A program made the position numbers and the translations under genes. 6,005 nucleotides of DNA from Candidatus Auribacterota bacterium (GTDB taxonomy: Bacteria > Auribacterota > UBA6266). The DNA lies in NCBI GenBank assembly GCA_023136205.1, contig JAGLRQ010000037.1:1-6005 (forward strand), read 5' to 3'. Under the pieces are notes generated by a model. That model was given only the letters and a program-made list of their open reading frames with translations, searched no databases and had not been told where the DNA came from. Of this stretch, positions 5,155 to 6,005 are shown piece after piece (the stretch's first letter is position 1; every line of letters begins with the position of its first letter).

Positions 5155-6005
5155 ATGGAATTAGATTATATTAAGGTTATTTCCGGCGGTATTACAGCCC
5201 CTGTCGGCTTTAAGGCGGTGGGAGGACACTGCGGCCTTAAGAAAAACGGGCAAAAGGATCTTGCAATAATTTACTCGGAAGCTGAAGAAACAGTGGCTAA
5301 AGGTGTTTTTACCAAAAATGCTATACCCGCCGCGCCGGTTTCCCTTTCACGCGCGCGGTTACGTGACGGGAAGCTAAGGGCGATAATAATTAACAGTGGT
5401 GTTGCCAATGCCGGTACCGGCAAGAAAGGTTACGATAATGCTGACGCTGTTACACAGGAAGCCGCTTGCGAACTTGGCCTTAAGAAAAGCGAGGTCACGA
5501 TGTGTTCTACAGGCAAAATAGGCGTTCCGCTTCCCGTCGGATCTGTAGCCAGGGGACTAAAATATCTGTGTAAGAAACTTTCGGAAGAGGGAAATTATTC
5601 TGCTGCCGAAGCTATCATGACCACAGATACAAGAGTAAAAGAGATAGCGGTGGAGGTAACTCTGCCGGATGGAGTGATTAAAATTGGAGCTATGGCGAAG
5701 GGCGCCGGAATGATAAATCCGGATATGGCTACGATGCTTGCTTTTATAACTACTGATGCTAAAATTAGAGCAAATACTTTGAAAAAAAATCTATCCGCGG
5801 CAGTGAATATTTCTTTTAACAAAATAACTATTGATGGTGATATGAGTACAAATGATACTGTAATTGCCATTGCTAATGGAATGTCAGAGACGGAAGTAAA
5901 ACCAAACACTAAATCTGAGAAGATATTTTCTTCTGCCGTAAAATTTATATGTTTGCAGCTTGCCGAGATGATTGTGAAAGACGGTGAGGGGGCTACCAAG
6001 TTTGT
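5155..6005 (+). CDS. argJ: Bifunctional ornithine acetyltransferase / N-acetylglutamate synthase ArgJ (3' end beyond window)
   Basis: Not in the ORF track because there is no stop before the window edge. Hand translation from ATG 5155 (GGGGA 7 nt upstream) is open to 6005: MELDYIKVISGGITAPVGFKAVGGHCGLKKNG...VFTKNAIPAAPV...NSGVANAGTGKKG...IMTTDT...GAGMINPDMATMLAFITTDA...DGDMSTNDTV...KDGEGATKF. It contains the ArgJ self-cleavage site A|TML, with the Thr codon at 5731-5733. The start is 18 nt after argC. Confidence 0.93.
   Translation, partial: MELDYIKVISGGITAPVGFKAVGGHCGLKKNGQKDLAIIYSEAEETVAKGVFTKNAIPAAPVSLSRARLRDGKLRAIIINSGVANAGTGKKGYDNADAVTQEAACELGLKKSEVTMCSTGKIGVPLPVGSVARGLKYLCKKLSEEGNYSAAEAIMTTDTRVKEIAVEVTLPDGVIKIGAMAKGAGMINPDMATMLAFITTDAKIRANTLKKNLSAAVNISFNKITIDGDMSTNDTVIAIANGMSETEVKPNTKSEKIFSSAVKFICLQLAEMIVKDGEGATKF

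Noticed and set aside
5595-5999. 134-aa minus-strand ORF with a hydrophobic, membrane-protein-like translation
   Set aside because: It lies entirely antisense to the hand-translated argJ frame, which carries unmistakable ArgJ motifs (AAPV, NSGxANAxTG, TTDT, ATML, DGDMSTND). It is an antisense shadow ORF, and its Ala/Ile/Ser/Val-rich composition is a codon-complement artefact.
1-6005. CRISPR arrays, transposases/integrases, tRNA/rRNA genes, toxin-antitoxin or defence modules, TPP riboswitch upstream of thiD
   Set aside because: I found no repeat-spacer periodicity, no recombinase-like ORF in any frame and no tRNA-like cloverleaf in the spacers. thiD has no upstream intergenic region because it overlaps the preceding gene. 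The coding content is fully accounted for by housekeeping genes.

Overview
All well-supported genes in this AT-rich bacterial window are on the + strand, and all are housekeeping genes. In order they are: the 3' part of a PP-loop MnmA/ThiI-like ATPase (open to base 1), thiD (start overlaps the previous stop as ATGA), def, an orphan single-cluster radical SAM protein with a winged-helix-like C-terminus, rplM-rpsI followed by a textbook intrinsic terminator, and argC-argJ. argJ is absent from the ORF track because it runs off the 3' edge without a stop. I translated it by hand from ATG 5155. I see no CRISPR array, transposase, integrase, rRNA/tRNA or recognisable defence/toxin module, and every minus-strand track ORF is an antisense shadow of a conserved + strand gene. 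I therefore do not see a convincing new multi-gene system. The parts that annotation does not explain are small and mostly non-coding. (1) A 26-codon Cys-rich micro-ORF with its own SD overlaps the def 3' end and lies in the same frame as the radical SAM gene, separated by one TGA. (2) The thiD-def spacer holds a GC-rich, foldable 48-nt island bracketed by a perfect 9-bp direct repeat. (3) Next to that island are nine in-phase heptads (TTAGCNN x3-4, then ACTCAAT-like x4-5), including a UAG-N4-UAG-N4-UAG pattern. (4) An AATCTG-NN-CAGATT inverted repeat upstream of the rplM promoter has an 11-nt match in the argC leader. Functional readings of all four are hypotheses and need comparative or experimental tests.
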